From: Squatina squatina | Taxonomy: Eukaryota | Direction: 5' to 3' | Assembly: GCA_031763465.1 (NCBI GenBank) | Contig: JARFOE010000013.1 | Location: 5,911,392-5,944,135 of the forward strand | DNA length: 32,744 bases | In this document: piece by piece, positions 12,491-23,140 of the stretch | How positions within the stretch are numbered: position 1 is the stretch's first letter | Layout of the letters: the number at the start of each line of letters is the position of its first letter | The notes under the pieces: generated by a model | Database searches by the model: none | What the model was told of the DNA's origin: nothing | What the model saw: the letters and a program-made list of their open reading frames with translations, nothing else | Program-made: the position numbers and the translations under genes

Positions 12491-12671
12491 TGCCACGGGA
12501 ACTTTAATGTCCACCTGAGAGGCCAAATAGGGCTTTGGTTTAACATCCATCTTATCCAAAGGACGGCACCTCCGACTGTGCAGTACTTCATCAGTACTGC
12601 ACTTAAGTCTCACCTTAGATTATGGGCTCAAGTCAGAGGCAAGTACGCTGTCACTGAGCCACAGCTGACAC
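12491..12671 (-). mobile_element. Deu-domain SINE, 5' part (tRNA-like head, B-box region apparently deleted)
   Basis: Minus strand GTGTCAGCTGTGGCTCAGTG..GTGCAGTACTGATGAAGTACTGCACAGTCGGAGGTGCCGTCCTTTGGATAAG..GTTAAACCAAAGCCC..CTCTCAGGTGGACATTAAAGTTCCCGTGGCA overlaps the sequence at window positions 1-56. Confidence 0.85.
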
Positions 12672-13151
12672 TGACACAACAATATGAGGAAAATAAAATT
12701 CTACAGCACAGTACACTATATTTAGAGGGTTTCATTGTATTAAAGTGAGGTAGACGGGACATAAATTTAGATGATAGTTATGTCTTCCAACAATATTAAT
12801 TCAGAAAGACCCTTCACCTGCTGTCATATTCAGATAAACTATGTGTATCATTATTTCATTCTGTTTGGTTACTTGAGCATTGGTGCATGATTTCTAAAAT
12901 GAATAACTACTATTATTATTCCAGTCCTCATTCAAAGCTTTTATTTGTGTACTCACAAGTGAAGCAGCATTACATAAGTGAAATTAATCAGGTTCCACTC
13001 AGCCAATAATCACAATCAGGCATTCGGTGCTGTGGAGATGAAGTGGAAGTGATCAGGCTCCAAAAAATCCATCTGTGCTATCCAGTTAAACATAATAACA
13101 ACACACTGCACAGCAACATTCAGGAAAGAGTTTACACTAAAAAAAACATTT

Positions 13152-13613
13152 GGAGGCTGAAATTGGCCTTTTTTAACATCCCATTAGCATCTCTGAGGGG
13201 CATTAATGGGACATTAAAAAAAAAGGCGTCGCGAGGCGCCCATCTCACCTGCCCTGAATTTCAGCTGGGGCGCAAAGGCCTTTGTGGCTGCGCAGCTCAA
13301 TTTTGCAGCGAGTCAGCACGTGACATCATCAAGACGCGCGCGACTCGCACCGCGCAGCCGCAATGCCTTTGCCACTCCACTTGCATCCCACAAGGAAGTT
13401 CGCCCACAGGAGGCGGCTGCAGCATGGGGAGATTGCTGCATGCTGCATGCTAATAAGTTGGCCGATAAGTGATGGCCACTCGGCCGGATCGGGCCACCAT
13501 CGCCTCACCTGGCACACCTACTGGACTGCCAGACTGGTGGCCCAGTCGCCAGCTACCCTGATGGCTCAGGGTAGCTCCCTTCAGGATGGTCAGTGGCCCT
13601 CCCCTTTAAGGGT
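13152..13613. mobile_element. Harbinger-type terminus and subterminal region
   Basis: Begins GGAGGCTGAAATT and is CpG-rich. It sits across a gap from the Harbinger transposase fragment. Confidence 0.55.
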
Positions 13614-13779
13614 NNNNNNNNNNNNNNNNNNNNNNNNNNNNNNNNNNNNNNNNNNNNNNNNNNNNNNNNNNNNNNNNNNNNNNNNNNNNNNNNNNNNNNN
13701 NNNNNNNNNNNNNTCTGAGGAATTACGATATATCATTCCCGATTGCCAGAGAAGGACAGAAGCAGAGAGCTTTAGGATT

Positions 13780-14190
13780 CAATGGGTTGCCAGATTCATC
13801 ATGGGAGCCATTGACTGCACACATGTGGCTATGAAAGCCCCTCATCTAAATTCAGAGGTGTTCAGGAACAGGAAGGGATTCCATTCCCTCAATGTGCAGC
13901 TTGTCTGCAACCACCGGCAGCGCATCATTCAGGTGAATGCCTGTTATCCAGGGAGCTGCCATAATGCTTCTACAATCAGACAGTCATCCGTCCCACAGAT
14001 CTATGAGCCCCAATGCAATATGCAAGGCTGGCTACTTGGTGACAAGGGATACTCTCTGATGCTGTGGCTCATGACTCCCCTGAGAAAGCCCCAGACACCA
14101 TCTGAGCACTCGTACAATGAGAGCTACTCTGCCACCAGGAATATCATTGAGCAGATCATTGGGGTCCTCAAGCAGAGGTTTACATTCCTT
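13780..14190 (+). pseudogene. PIF/Harbinger (HARBI1-like) DDE transposase fragment
   Basis: GAIDCTHV..FRNRKGFHSLNVQLVC..YPGSCHNA..GWLLGDKGY..WLMTP..YNESYSATRNIIEQIIGVLKQRF. The usual GS.HD is changed to GSCHN, and the C-terminus is cut by a CR1 insertion. Confidence 0.95.
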
Positions 14191-14197
14191 CACTGTT

Positions 14198-14261
14198 AGG
14201 TGAGTGAGTGGGCAAAAAGTTGGCAAATGGAGTATAATGTGGGAATATGTGAAGTTGTTCA
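14198..14261 (+). mobile_element. 5'-truncated CR1 inserted in the Harbinger transposase
   Basis: SEWAKSWQMEYNVGICEVV matches the CR1 motif LSEWA..WQMEYNVGKCEVIH. Confidence 0.85.
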
Positions 14262-14735
14262 NNNNNNNNNNNNNNNNNNNNNNNNNNNNNNNNNNNNNNN
14301 NNNNNNNNNNNNNNNNNNNNNNNNNNNNNNNNNNNNNNNNNNNNNNNNNNNNNNNNNNNNNTCATTTCTATTTTTACCATTGCTATAAACATAACAAATG
14401 GGGAACAGGGGTGGGTGTGTGGACAGGGGGGGTGGGAAAATCACTGTAGGTTAGTGAATCTTTCTCATTGTGGAATAAATGTTGATAACTCACAATCCCA
14501 CTTTACTATTGAACATGCAAAGAAATAGACAGCGTTGCACTTTAATCCAGGAAAACATCACACAGGACATTCTCTTATGTCATCTATGAAATGCCACTGA
14601 AGATGTCAATCTGATTTTATATTTTTTTTTTACTGGTCCTGTTGCGCTGTTGTCGTGATCATAGCTTCTGAGTTTCAAGAAATTACACTGTTTCCATAAT
14701 CAAATGAATTACAATTAGAAATCTGTGACACATCA

Positions 14736-14885
14736 TCAGTGAGCTCAGCTGGTATTGTTCTTGCTATGAGCCATAATGTTTTTGCACTATTTGGAAGACC
14801 TGAGCTCACTCTTAGCTGCAGCACAGCTCGACAGCAGCACTGCATTGCACTGCAGGAGGCATCATTCTTCCGCTAAGACATTGGA
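14736..14885 (+). mobile_element. Old tRNA-derived SINE head related to the DeuSINE head
   Basis: GCTCAGCTGGTA..TGAGCCATAATG..GACCTGAGCTCA..TGCACTGCAGGAGGCATCATTCTTCCGCTAAGACATT aligns by eye, loosely, to the minus strand of 12540-12671. Confidence 0.45.
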
Positions 14886-15974
14886 CTGGAATTTGTGGTG
14901 GGTAACAACGATGAATTGGCTCACTCCTGGAACTTCTGCAGATATTAACATAATTCCAGGGATCCTCTGTCCTAACTTCTGAAAGAGCGTGTCAGCCACC
15001 AAAATGGAAGACGGAGCTGTCGTTGCAGGAAACATTTTTTTAATAGTAAAAGGCAACAGAAAATGTGTTAGTAAATCAATAAATACAGAAAATGTATAGA
15101 GTACCCAATTATTGAGAATGTGTACTCTTGGGGTTAAATTCATCCAGCCCCAATCTAATGACATCTTTTGATCCCTCGCAGATCCCGAGAGCTTGCCTTT
15201 TTCGATGTTCAATTGATTGTAGGGCTCTATAATGGAAATTCCTATGGCAATGCATCACAGCCAGTGTTGGAGCATTGAACGACTGGCTGCAACTTCAGGA
15301 TTTCCGGGTTCGCTAAATCCTGAAATTGTGGTCAGATTCAGAGGGTTAATGATGGCAAGATCTCTGTGGGCAGCTTTCTTCGGGGATGGCAGCGTGCACC
15401 TTTACTTTACCGCTGACCACAAGTTCCAGGCCACTGAACAAGGTTCCTACCTTCTTGCGCCAATGCATGATAAAGGTTCTGTTGTAAAAAGCAGGAGGTA
15501 ACTTGGGTAACAAGATAATCCCTCAAAATAAACAAACAAACCCTACCAGTACTTTGCGTCACCAAAGGTTCAATGTGAATGACATGTGCTATCTCCATCG
15601 GGCTGTTCATAGATAAATATACTGCATTAATAGCATCACCAAGACAAGCAATAAACACAAGGATTCTTTTTCCAGTTCCAAATAAAAAAATTACTTGTTC
15701 TGAATGCAAACCAAATAAACAGATTTTGCCAGATAAGCCAAGTCATGAAAAGGTGATATTTAATACCAAGTGCAATGAAAACAACAGTTTTATTTGGAAC
15801 ACAGATGGAGCAAACTATCCAGACTTAGTAGCCACCTGAAATCCAGTCTGTCTGTCTAACCGTGCAGGAAACAAGTTCGATTGTTAAACAAAATAGCACC
15901 GCATTGGACTATGTTTTGCAACTGCGATTAGCTAAAGATGTTTTTTTTAAGTTAACTCACCAATATCTGGAACT

Positions 15975-16295
15975 CAATTACATTTCCTGAATATACCATT
16001 CACACTTACACACCATACACTTCTCCCAGGCCACTTTGTCACTAGCTCTGGGAAGGTTCAGTAGAAGAATGCAGATTGCATGAACTCCAAATTTTTTTCT
16101 CCCCTTTCCTGTAAAGCACGCTGGTGCTTCCTTGGGGATTTGACGGAGATCAGGAACTTAGCATAAATGTAAAACTGGAGGTGTAAACTGTCATCTTATT
16201 ACTCCATTCATTCAACACCCCACACCACAGGACATTTTTCAGGAACATATTTAAAGAAGACCTCATTATTTCTGACAGTGAATTTGTGACTTCCT
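15975..16295 (-). mobile_element. Highly decayed LINE (CR1-like) RT fragment
   Basis: Scattered motifs EVTNSLSEIMRSSL..VPEK and ILLLNLPRASDKVAWEK resemble EIA.PL..IF..SL..VPEDW and YLDF.KAFDKVP. Confidence 0.35.
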
Positions 16296-16976
16296 GGGAG
16301 CAAAATTTGGTTACGTCCCATTTGGGGGTGGTAACCAAGGCGAGGTGGGATTTCCTGCGCCCGGCGCGGAAGTTCTGACCCAGCCAAGAAATTCCAGTTA
16401 CTGTCCCTCACAGGGAGTGAAGCTCAATGTCGCACGCTCCAGTTCCTTTTGGGGCGTATTCGGGAATGCTACGCAACCTCTCCGCGTAGCACTGACGCAT
16501 TTCAATGCCCCTCCCCTTCGGTTAAAGTTGCACACTCTGCCGGGCCTCTGATTGCTTCCACTGGGACACCAGGGTGGCAGGGTGCCTGGGCAGCAGGCTG
16601 GCACCTAAAATGGAGCTCCAAGTTGCACGATGGAGGCCTGGACCACATAACAGAGCAAGAAGTCGGGCCGACTGTTGAGTTGGCCAAACAGGTAAGTTGG
16701 CGATGCGGGGAGCTCCCAACCGTCCCTTTACCTCCTGCCCCGCAAGTGGATGTCGGCCTGCCTCGCGGCCCACGGGGCGCAGGGCAACATCCGCCAATAA
16801 ATGAAGAGTGGTCGGCGCGCGCTGCTAAGGAGTCACTACGCACAGCAATGATGTCATCGGCGATTGAGTGGCAGCGCAGCGTGCTACCATGGTAGTGCGT
16901 CCGCTAATTCCCGGGCAATTTTGTGGGATCTGGTAGCACCCCACCCCCACAGGCAAAAAGGGGCAATTTCAACCAC
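16296..16976 (+). mobile_element. Harbinger-type non-autonomous element (MITE-like, about 680 bp)
   Basis: GGGAGCAAAATTT at the left and AATTTCAACCAC at the right, CpG-rich body. The first 170 bp are homologous to the minus strand of 5140-5305. Confidence 0.6.
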
Positions 16977-17126
16977 TAAAATTTTAAATTTGTAATTTAA
17001 AAAATCTCTAACAACAATTGATTACCTGCAAGAATGAAATTGAACACTTTAAATTGTTCCCATTCTGGGCCAAAGAGGTTGATTGACATTGCACTAACAA
17101 TCATCACATTGTTGAAAAGGTACTTA

Positions 17127-17624
17127 GGGCGGCCAATTCGAGGGAAAACCTTTGGCGCGAAATCAGCGTGAAACGGGCAGAAGGGCACTTTAGGCGTGAA
17201 AACGAGGGCGTAAAATTTGGGACCCGTTCGCGCTGGCGCAAAATGGGCGCAAGTCCCATAAAGCTTGAAGCACTGGCTGAAGCGTAATCACAGTGCTATC
17301 ACGTCATAAGTGCGCACGGCGCCCAAAATGGACGCCTGTCCGAAATTGCACAGTGTCAGTGTGCACTAAATCCAGCGGTGACAACGCCTGCATTTTTCAG
17401 CGGTTACATGGGCCTCACCCTGCCGGAGCAGATGTTGTCTGAGCTGAGCCTGAGCAGTGAACAAGGGCTGAGCAGGGGCTGTGCGAAGTGAACAGGGGCT
17501 GAACAGGGGCTGTGCGAAGTGAACAGGGGCTGTGCGAAGTGAACAGGGGCTGTGCGAAGTGAACAGGGGCTGTGTGAGCTGTTCTGTGTGAACTAAGTGA
17601 ACTGAGCAGTCAGCAGGGCTATAT
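17127..17624. mobile_element. Harbinger-type terminus
   Basis: TTA (the typical Harbinger target) at 17124-17126 is followed by GGGCGGCCAATT and a CpG-rich subterminal region. Confidence 0.55.
17459..17580. repeat. 20-bp minisatellite (GAACAGGGGCTGTGCGAAGT)n
   Basis: Three perfect units at 17501-17560 plus variant and partial units on both sides. Confidence 0.95.
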
Positions 17625-17831
17625 AGAAACACAGAAAATAGGAGCAGGAGTCGGCCATTCTACCGTTCGAGCCTGCTCCGCCACTCAATATGATCATGGC
17701 TGATCATCCAAATTCAGTACCCTGTTCCTGCTTTCCCCCATATCTTTTGATCCTCCTAGCCACAAGAACTATATCTAACTCCTTCTTGAATATATTTAAT
17801 GATTTGGCCTCAACTACCTTCTGTGGTAGAG
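17625..17831 (-). mobile_element. CR1 3' end
   Basis: AGAAAATAGGAGCAGGAGTCGGCCATTC..CGAGCCTGCTCCGCCACTCAATATGATCATGGCTGATC is the shark CR1 3' UTR and tail in reverse. Confidence 0.9.
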
Positions 17832-17931
17832 NNNNNNNNNNNNNNNNNNNNNNNNNNNNNNNNNNNNNNNNNNNNNNNNNNNNNNNNNNNNNNNNNNNNN
17901 NNNNNNNNNNNNNNNNNNNNNNNNNNNNNNN

Positions 17932-18590
17932 GTATGCATGCCCATCACCCTTCTTCTGAAGGCTGCCCTTTTGAAGTCATCATTTGAGTCCGGTGCAGCA
18001 GAACTCGTGCGGGAACTTGCGCTTGGGGGAGCTGACTCTTGTGCGACCCTTTCCCCCTGGCCTAGCAGCAGCCAATGCATACCCAGTGCCTCACTCTGTG
18101 CGGAGCCTACCTCTATACTATCCTCTGAAGTATGCACAGTGCCAGTTTCTGAGCTGGTGTCTGGGAGTGTCAGATGCAGTGACAGGGCTTCTTCTTCTCC
18201 TTCACTCTCCTCCTCCACAATGTCGGGGACAGGCTGGGCTGGCTGTACTTCTTGGGTATCTGAAAGGAGAAAGGCACAAGGGTCAGGTTGTGTTGAGGGG
18301 ACGGGGGTGGGGGGGGGGTGGGAAGCAAGATGTGCATGCTTACACCATCAGCTGCTCGTAAGTGAGAAGAGATTATGGGATGAGGGGAAAGTGGGATCTG
18401 AGAAGAAGCTATGAGCATACCATCATCAGCAATGGTTTCAAACTCACCGCTCACCATGGCCTCAGTGACTGCCTCGTCCAGCTCAATGAGGTTCTGAAGT
18501 CAGGCTTCCTCTCAACCTGTCTGCTGCTGCTGTGTGCTACTTTGCCTGCAAGAGAACGTGAAGAGAAGCAAAACTGCAGCCAAGTGTCAC
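17932..18590 (-). pseudogene. Harbinger ORF2 (Myb/SANT-like accessory protein), exons 2-3, decayed
   Basis: Exon 18545-18421 (ctcttgcag| .. ETIADD|gtatg), intron 18420-18260, then an exon with EEESEGEEEALSLHLT..TSSET..NDDFKRAAFRRRVMGMH. The architecture parallels 29290-30069. Confidence 0.65.
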
Positions 18591-18594
18591 ATGA

Positions 18595-18870
18595 TCATAA
18601 GAACATAAGAAACAGGGCAGGTGTAGGTCATTTGGCCCCGATTCAAAACGATTATGACTGATCTTATACCTCAACTTCGCTTTCACACACTATCCCGATA
18701 CTGTTTAATCCCCTGAGTATTCAAAAATCTATCTATCTCTGACTTGAATATACTCAACGACTGAGTCTCCAGCCCTTTGGAGTAGAGAATCCCAAAAATT
18801 CACAACCCTTTGAGTGAAGCAATTTCCTCTCATCTCAGTCCTAAATGGCCGGCCCCTTATCCTGAGACTG
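18595..18870 (-). mobile_element. CR1 3' end
   Basis: CATAAGAACATAAGAA tail, then ..AAAATCTATCTATCTC..TTGAATATACTCAACGACTGAG..GAGTGAAGCAATTTCCTCTCATCTCAGTCCTAAATGG. Confidence 0.88.
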
Positions 18871-20047
18871 AATCAGACATCCATTTTCAAACCTCCAAGA
18901 ATACATCCAACCAGTGACATCAGCTATGCATTCATGTGTTCAATATCATGTGCACATCCAGATATATGTGACCTGCATCAACTGATTTAAAATTGCATGC
19001 CATCGAAACATAAGGTGTTAGATTTTGTAAATGAAAAGCTTTTCCACATTGGAACTGGCCTGCTTCAGTAAATAATGAAACAAGCAGTTTCAGTTGCTCC
19101 GATAGAAAATACAAGCTCAGTTCAATGGTGGAAAATTTCTGTCATATCCAGTTCGTTTACAAACACAATTCCCATTAAAAACAAGCTAAAATGAAGTACG
19201 ACAATGTGCTTGTAATTTACCAGGAAGGACACCTGATCCAGAAACAAAAGGTCAATGCTATGAATCATCAGAGAAAGGAGAAAATGTTCAAGGGTGACCT
19301 GAAACCTCTGCAAAATATAATGATTAAATTACTGATATGGTCATGCTCAGCTTCTAAGTGACAATTTGATTGATATTCGTTGCAGATTCTGTTTCATATT
19401 CAGAAAGCAGCAGCTCAGCAAGCTTGCTTAATTCTGAACTCAGATCTGTTGAATAATAAGATAATAAACCCAATTTTAAGATGCTGACTGATAAATGCAA
19501 AGTGGAAGCCATCAAAATCTCAGTATAATTTCTGATTTAAATGATCAGTGTGTAGCTAAAAAGAAGGAATGAGATGGTAGAACATTAACAAGTGTCCTAC
19601 ATTGCNNNNNNNNNNNNNNNNNNNNNNNNNNNNNNNNNNNNNNNNNNNNNNNNNNNNNNNNNNNNNNNNNNNNNNNNNNNNNNNNNNNNNNNNNNNNNNN
19701 NNNNNATATTAATGATCAAATAAAGTTTAAATCTGTTTTGTTGAAAGTTGGCATCGATAATACTGGTTAGTTGGTGGGTCTTAATTAAACTATTCACTTG
19801 ATTGTTGGTAAATAAAATAAACCAGGTTATCGTCACATTGTACTGAATATAGCTAACTCAACACCTCTGATTGCAAACAAACTAAAATATTATTGTATGT
19901 AAGGGAATGCAACTTTCAGTATACTGAACAGGGTATAAGAATAATACTCTGAACATGAGTATAACTCCTCAAATTATCCTGTCGTTGAANNNNNNNNNNT
20001 CGCCTCTGGGATGATCTGGGCTGCATCAACTACTTGATAAATATTGC

Positions 20048-20206
20048 AATAAACAGAAATTGCTGTAAATAACACAGCAGGCTATTCAACATCTGAAAAG
20101 AGAAATGACAGGTTCGTCTTTCTTCATTAAGACTCACAAACAAGTCTTTCCTCTTTCAGAAGCTGGAAAACCTGCTGGTTGAATTTCCAGAACTTTTCTT
20201 TTTATT
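20048..20206. mobile_element. Palindromic Penelope-derived element
   Basis: Imperfect inverted arms of about 60 bp (AATAAACAGAAATTGCTGTAAATAACACAGCAGG..CATCTGAAAAGAGAAA versus its reverse complement at about 20143-20206). The Penelope assignment is from recollection of shark repeats. Confidence 0.6.
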
Positions 20207-20454
20207 TCAAGTTTCCTTCAACCTTCTGTTCTGTTTGACAGATATTGCAATATAAAGGATATGTTGACTGTGAGTCCCGAGAGGATTATGTACAACTGCT
20301 GAGCAGATACTGTAAAGAATAAACAGACATCCCCCAAAGANNNNNNNNNNNNNNNNNNNNNNNNNNNNNNNNNNNNNNNNNNNNNNNNNNNNNNNNNNNN
20401 NNNNNNNNNNNNNNNNNNNNNNNNNNNNNNNNNNNNNNNNTTTTTGTTTATATT

Positions 20455-20735
20455 CAGCTTTTTGTACAGTCTGGATCAAAACTGTGATGAGGTCTGGAGC
20501 TTAGTGGTTCTGGTGGAACCTGAACTGAGCCTGAGTGAGTAGGCTATTGGTAAGTAATGGTGATGGCAATGTTGATGACTTCCTCCATCACTTTATTGAT
20601 GATTGGGAGTAGCTTGATAGGGCAATATTTGACAAGGTTAAATTCATCCAATTTTTGGTAGATAATATGCACCTGGGCAATCTTCCACATTATCGGTAAT
20701 GTCAGTGCTTTAGCTGCACTGGAATAGTTTTTTGT
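20455..20735 (-). mobile_element. CR1-group LINE RT N-terminal fragment (second family)
   Basis: PIMWKIAQVHIIYQKLDEFNLVKYCPIKLLPIINKVMEEVIN corresponds to P..WK.A.V.PVHKK.DKS.P.NYRPISLL...SKVME. Confidence 0.85.
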
Positions 20736-20759
20736 ACTTCTCCATCCTCCCACTCCACT

Positions 20760-21300
20760 AGAAGCTCAACTTCTGTAAAGAGGGAAAAGCAGAATTAATT
20801 TAGTATATTTGCTTTCCCTTGGTAACCAGATATCAGGATACCCTCAAGATCTTTCAGGGGCCCCACTATTTATTTTTCTATCTGCTTGCTGCAAATATAT
20901 TGATAGAAACACTTGACATTTCTTTCAATATTCCTTGCTATCATATTCTCCTTTTCTAGTTTAGCCCACATGACCTCTTTCTTAACCTTCTTTATTTTTT
21001 TTTATATTTGTCTCAGTCCAGTGTACCACCTTCAAATCAATGGAAAGGAAAATCAGGCAGGGTGGATAATGGGCGATTGATCTGCTGCCATCTGTTTTGT
21101 GCTCATATCCTCTACATTAGTTCCATTGTTATCCAAATGAGTCTTTTCCATGTGCTATACTTCCTCTATTATGGTATGTATCTGTGTATAGTAATTCTAA
21201 ACGTGACCCACTTTTCTTCCATCCTTTTCCCCAGTACAGTGTTGTCCATAGCAATTTCCTTAGCTGATCCTTCTTCCTCTCAAATGCTTTCCTAATGTGC
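20760..21300 (-). mobile_element. Ancient CR1 ORF2 fragment
   Basis: GKRMEEKWVTFR..YIP..WITME and CFYQYICSK..VGPLKDLEG..KANILN*FCFSLFTE, with stops and frameshifts. Confidence 0.7.
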
Positions 21301-21354
21301 TATTTCTACTGTAATCATTCTCTTTTTTTTGTCATAATCTTTACTTTAAGCTAT

Positions 21355-21670
21355 TGAGGTCAATTTGTTGGAGTGCTGTATCTTGCGGCGTCCCTAATTA
21401 GTTAGACTTTAATCCCTTGCCCTCCAGCTCAATCCTTTTTGCCCTGTGCCTTGCTGGAAGTGCAAGTTGATAATGGCGGTGAGGGCAATGGAGCATCAAG
21501 GCCTTAGTGAACGACGGGTCCAACAAGATTATTGATGAGATTTAAGGTTTGGAAAGCAAGAGAGGAATGATGGGGAAGGAGGGTGAATTAGAGTCAAATC
21601 AGGTACAGAAAGCAAAATAAAAAGAGGGAAAGAAAGATTGGACAAGAGAGAGAGAAAAGAAAGTAAATGA
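21355..21670. mobile_element. Probable non-autonomous DNA transposon fragment with purine-rich tract
   Basis: The start GAGGTCAATTT resembles the other Harbinger-type termini. A GA-rich stretch lies at 21560-21665. Confidence 0.35.
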
Positions 21671-22451
21671 GTGGCACTCTATTTTATTGAAGGATATCTG
21701 TTTACTTTAATCTCAAGAGTTGCAAACAGCAAATCACATTTTCACTGCTCCCCTGCTGTGTACTTGTCAACAGCCAGGAGGTGCTTGGCTATTCCCCAAG
21801 TGGCATCAGAATGATTTAATACAATTCCTGTACTGACTCTTGAGAAGCATCATTCCTGCAAGTTTCATACATGTTGTTTAAAAATTGCTACATAGTGCCG
21901 AATCTTCACTTTGGGTAATAAAACATGACTGAAATGGCTGTCACTGCACCACAAGGTTAGCTTCCAAACATGCATTACTTTTTCCTGCACTTAACAGTTT
22001 TGGAGGAAGGAATGTCTTATTACATATGTCACTGAGAGACTCGGAATTCATTCTTCACTGCTTGGCATTGACAGAACTTGAATATCTGTGACTGTACAAT
22101 TCATGCAATTCTTCAATGTAAATAGTAATCTCTTTATGTTTATTGGCATGCTTTTGACTGACTAATTAGCATCAAGTGATGCCTGAGTATTAAATAATTG
22201 AAATCACCTGGAGATTCATTTGCTTGATCCAATTAGTCTAGGAATTGCTATTGGTACATTATTGAGGAGTCAACTTAATGTTACTTTAGATTCTTGAGAC
22301 TCATTAAGAATGCTGGTCAACACCACCCCCACCTCCATTTTACTATTTTCTAGGGTTGTTCTAATAGACACATTTGGTGCAAATTTGAGGGCATCGAGTA
22401 AAATGACAGAATCAATAATCCTGACAATCAGCTGTGAACTTTAATTGTAAG

Positions 22452-22858
22452 TCATAAAACAGATAAAGGAGGAGAAGGAGTAGGCCATATGGCCCATCGA
22501 GCCTGCTCTGCCATTCAATATTGCTGAACTTTTAAACCAACTCCACTTACCTCCTTATCCCATATCCCTTGATTCCCTAGTGCCAAAAAATCTATTAATC
22601 TCAGTTTTGAATACAATCAACAACTGAGCATCCACAGTTCTCTGGGGTAGAGAATTTCAAAGATTCAAAACACTCTGAGTGAAGAATTTTTTCTCATCTT
22701 AGTACAAAGTGGTCGTCTCCTTATTCTGCGACTATGACCCCCTAGTTCTAGACTCTCCAGCCAGGGGAAGCAGCCTTTGAACATCTACCCTGTCAAACCC
22801 TCTAAGAATGTTGTAGATTTCAATGAGATGACCTCTCATTTTTCTAAACACCAGAGAC
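22452..22858 (-). mobile_element. CR1 3' end, 5'-truncated
   Basis: GGAGTAGGCCATATGGCCCATCGAGCCTGCTCTGCCATTCAATA..GAGTGAAGAATTTTTTCTCATC..CATCTACCCTGTCAAACCC..TTCAATGAGATGACCTCTCATTTTTCTAAAC. Confidence 0.9.
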
Positions 22859-22861
22859 TAC

Positions 22862-23140
22862 TGCTGAAATTTTACCAGCAGTGAGAGGGAGGGATCGGAG
22901 GTGGGTCAGGTGTTAAAAAGTCAGGAGTCCGCTGTCAACCCGCCTCCACGCGAGTCTCCTGTGTGTCAGGTCTGTCAGCGCTTATCAGAACCGACACCAA
23001 ACAGCGGGGGAGGCAAATTACATCATTAAGATGCAGTTAAAAGCCAATTAAAGACCATTTTTTCCCTCTACTTACCATTTTTCCAGCTTTTTGATGAGGT
23101 TCGCGGCGCTCGTGATTCACATCAGGTAAGTTCATCAGGT
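22862..23140. mobile_element. Harbinger-type terminal fragment
   Basis: GCTGAAATTTTACC start with a GC-rich subterminal region, abutting the CR1 truncation point. Confidence 0.45.

Noticed and set aside
13363-14199. 278-aa ORF as an intact gene or HARBI1 orthologue
   Set aside because: It reads through a 100-N gap, the N-terminal part is non-coding subterminal repeat sequence, and the C-terminus is cut by CR1.
16398-16895. Overlapping 68-148-aa ORFs on both strands
   Set aside because: Expected by chance in GC-rich MITE-like sequence; no protein motifs.
17459-17580. CRISPR-like array
   Set aside because: The units are directly tandem with no unique spacers, and the context is eukaryotic.
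18932-19313. Two 60-63-aa minus-strand ORFs
   Set aside because: Non-ATG starts, no recognisable domain and no convincing exon boundaries.
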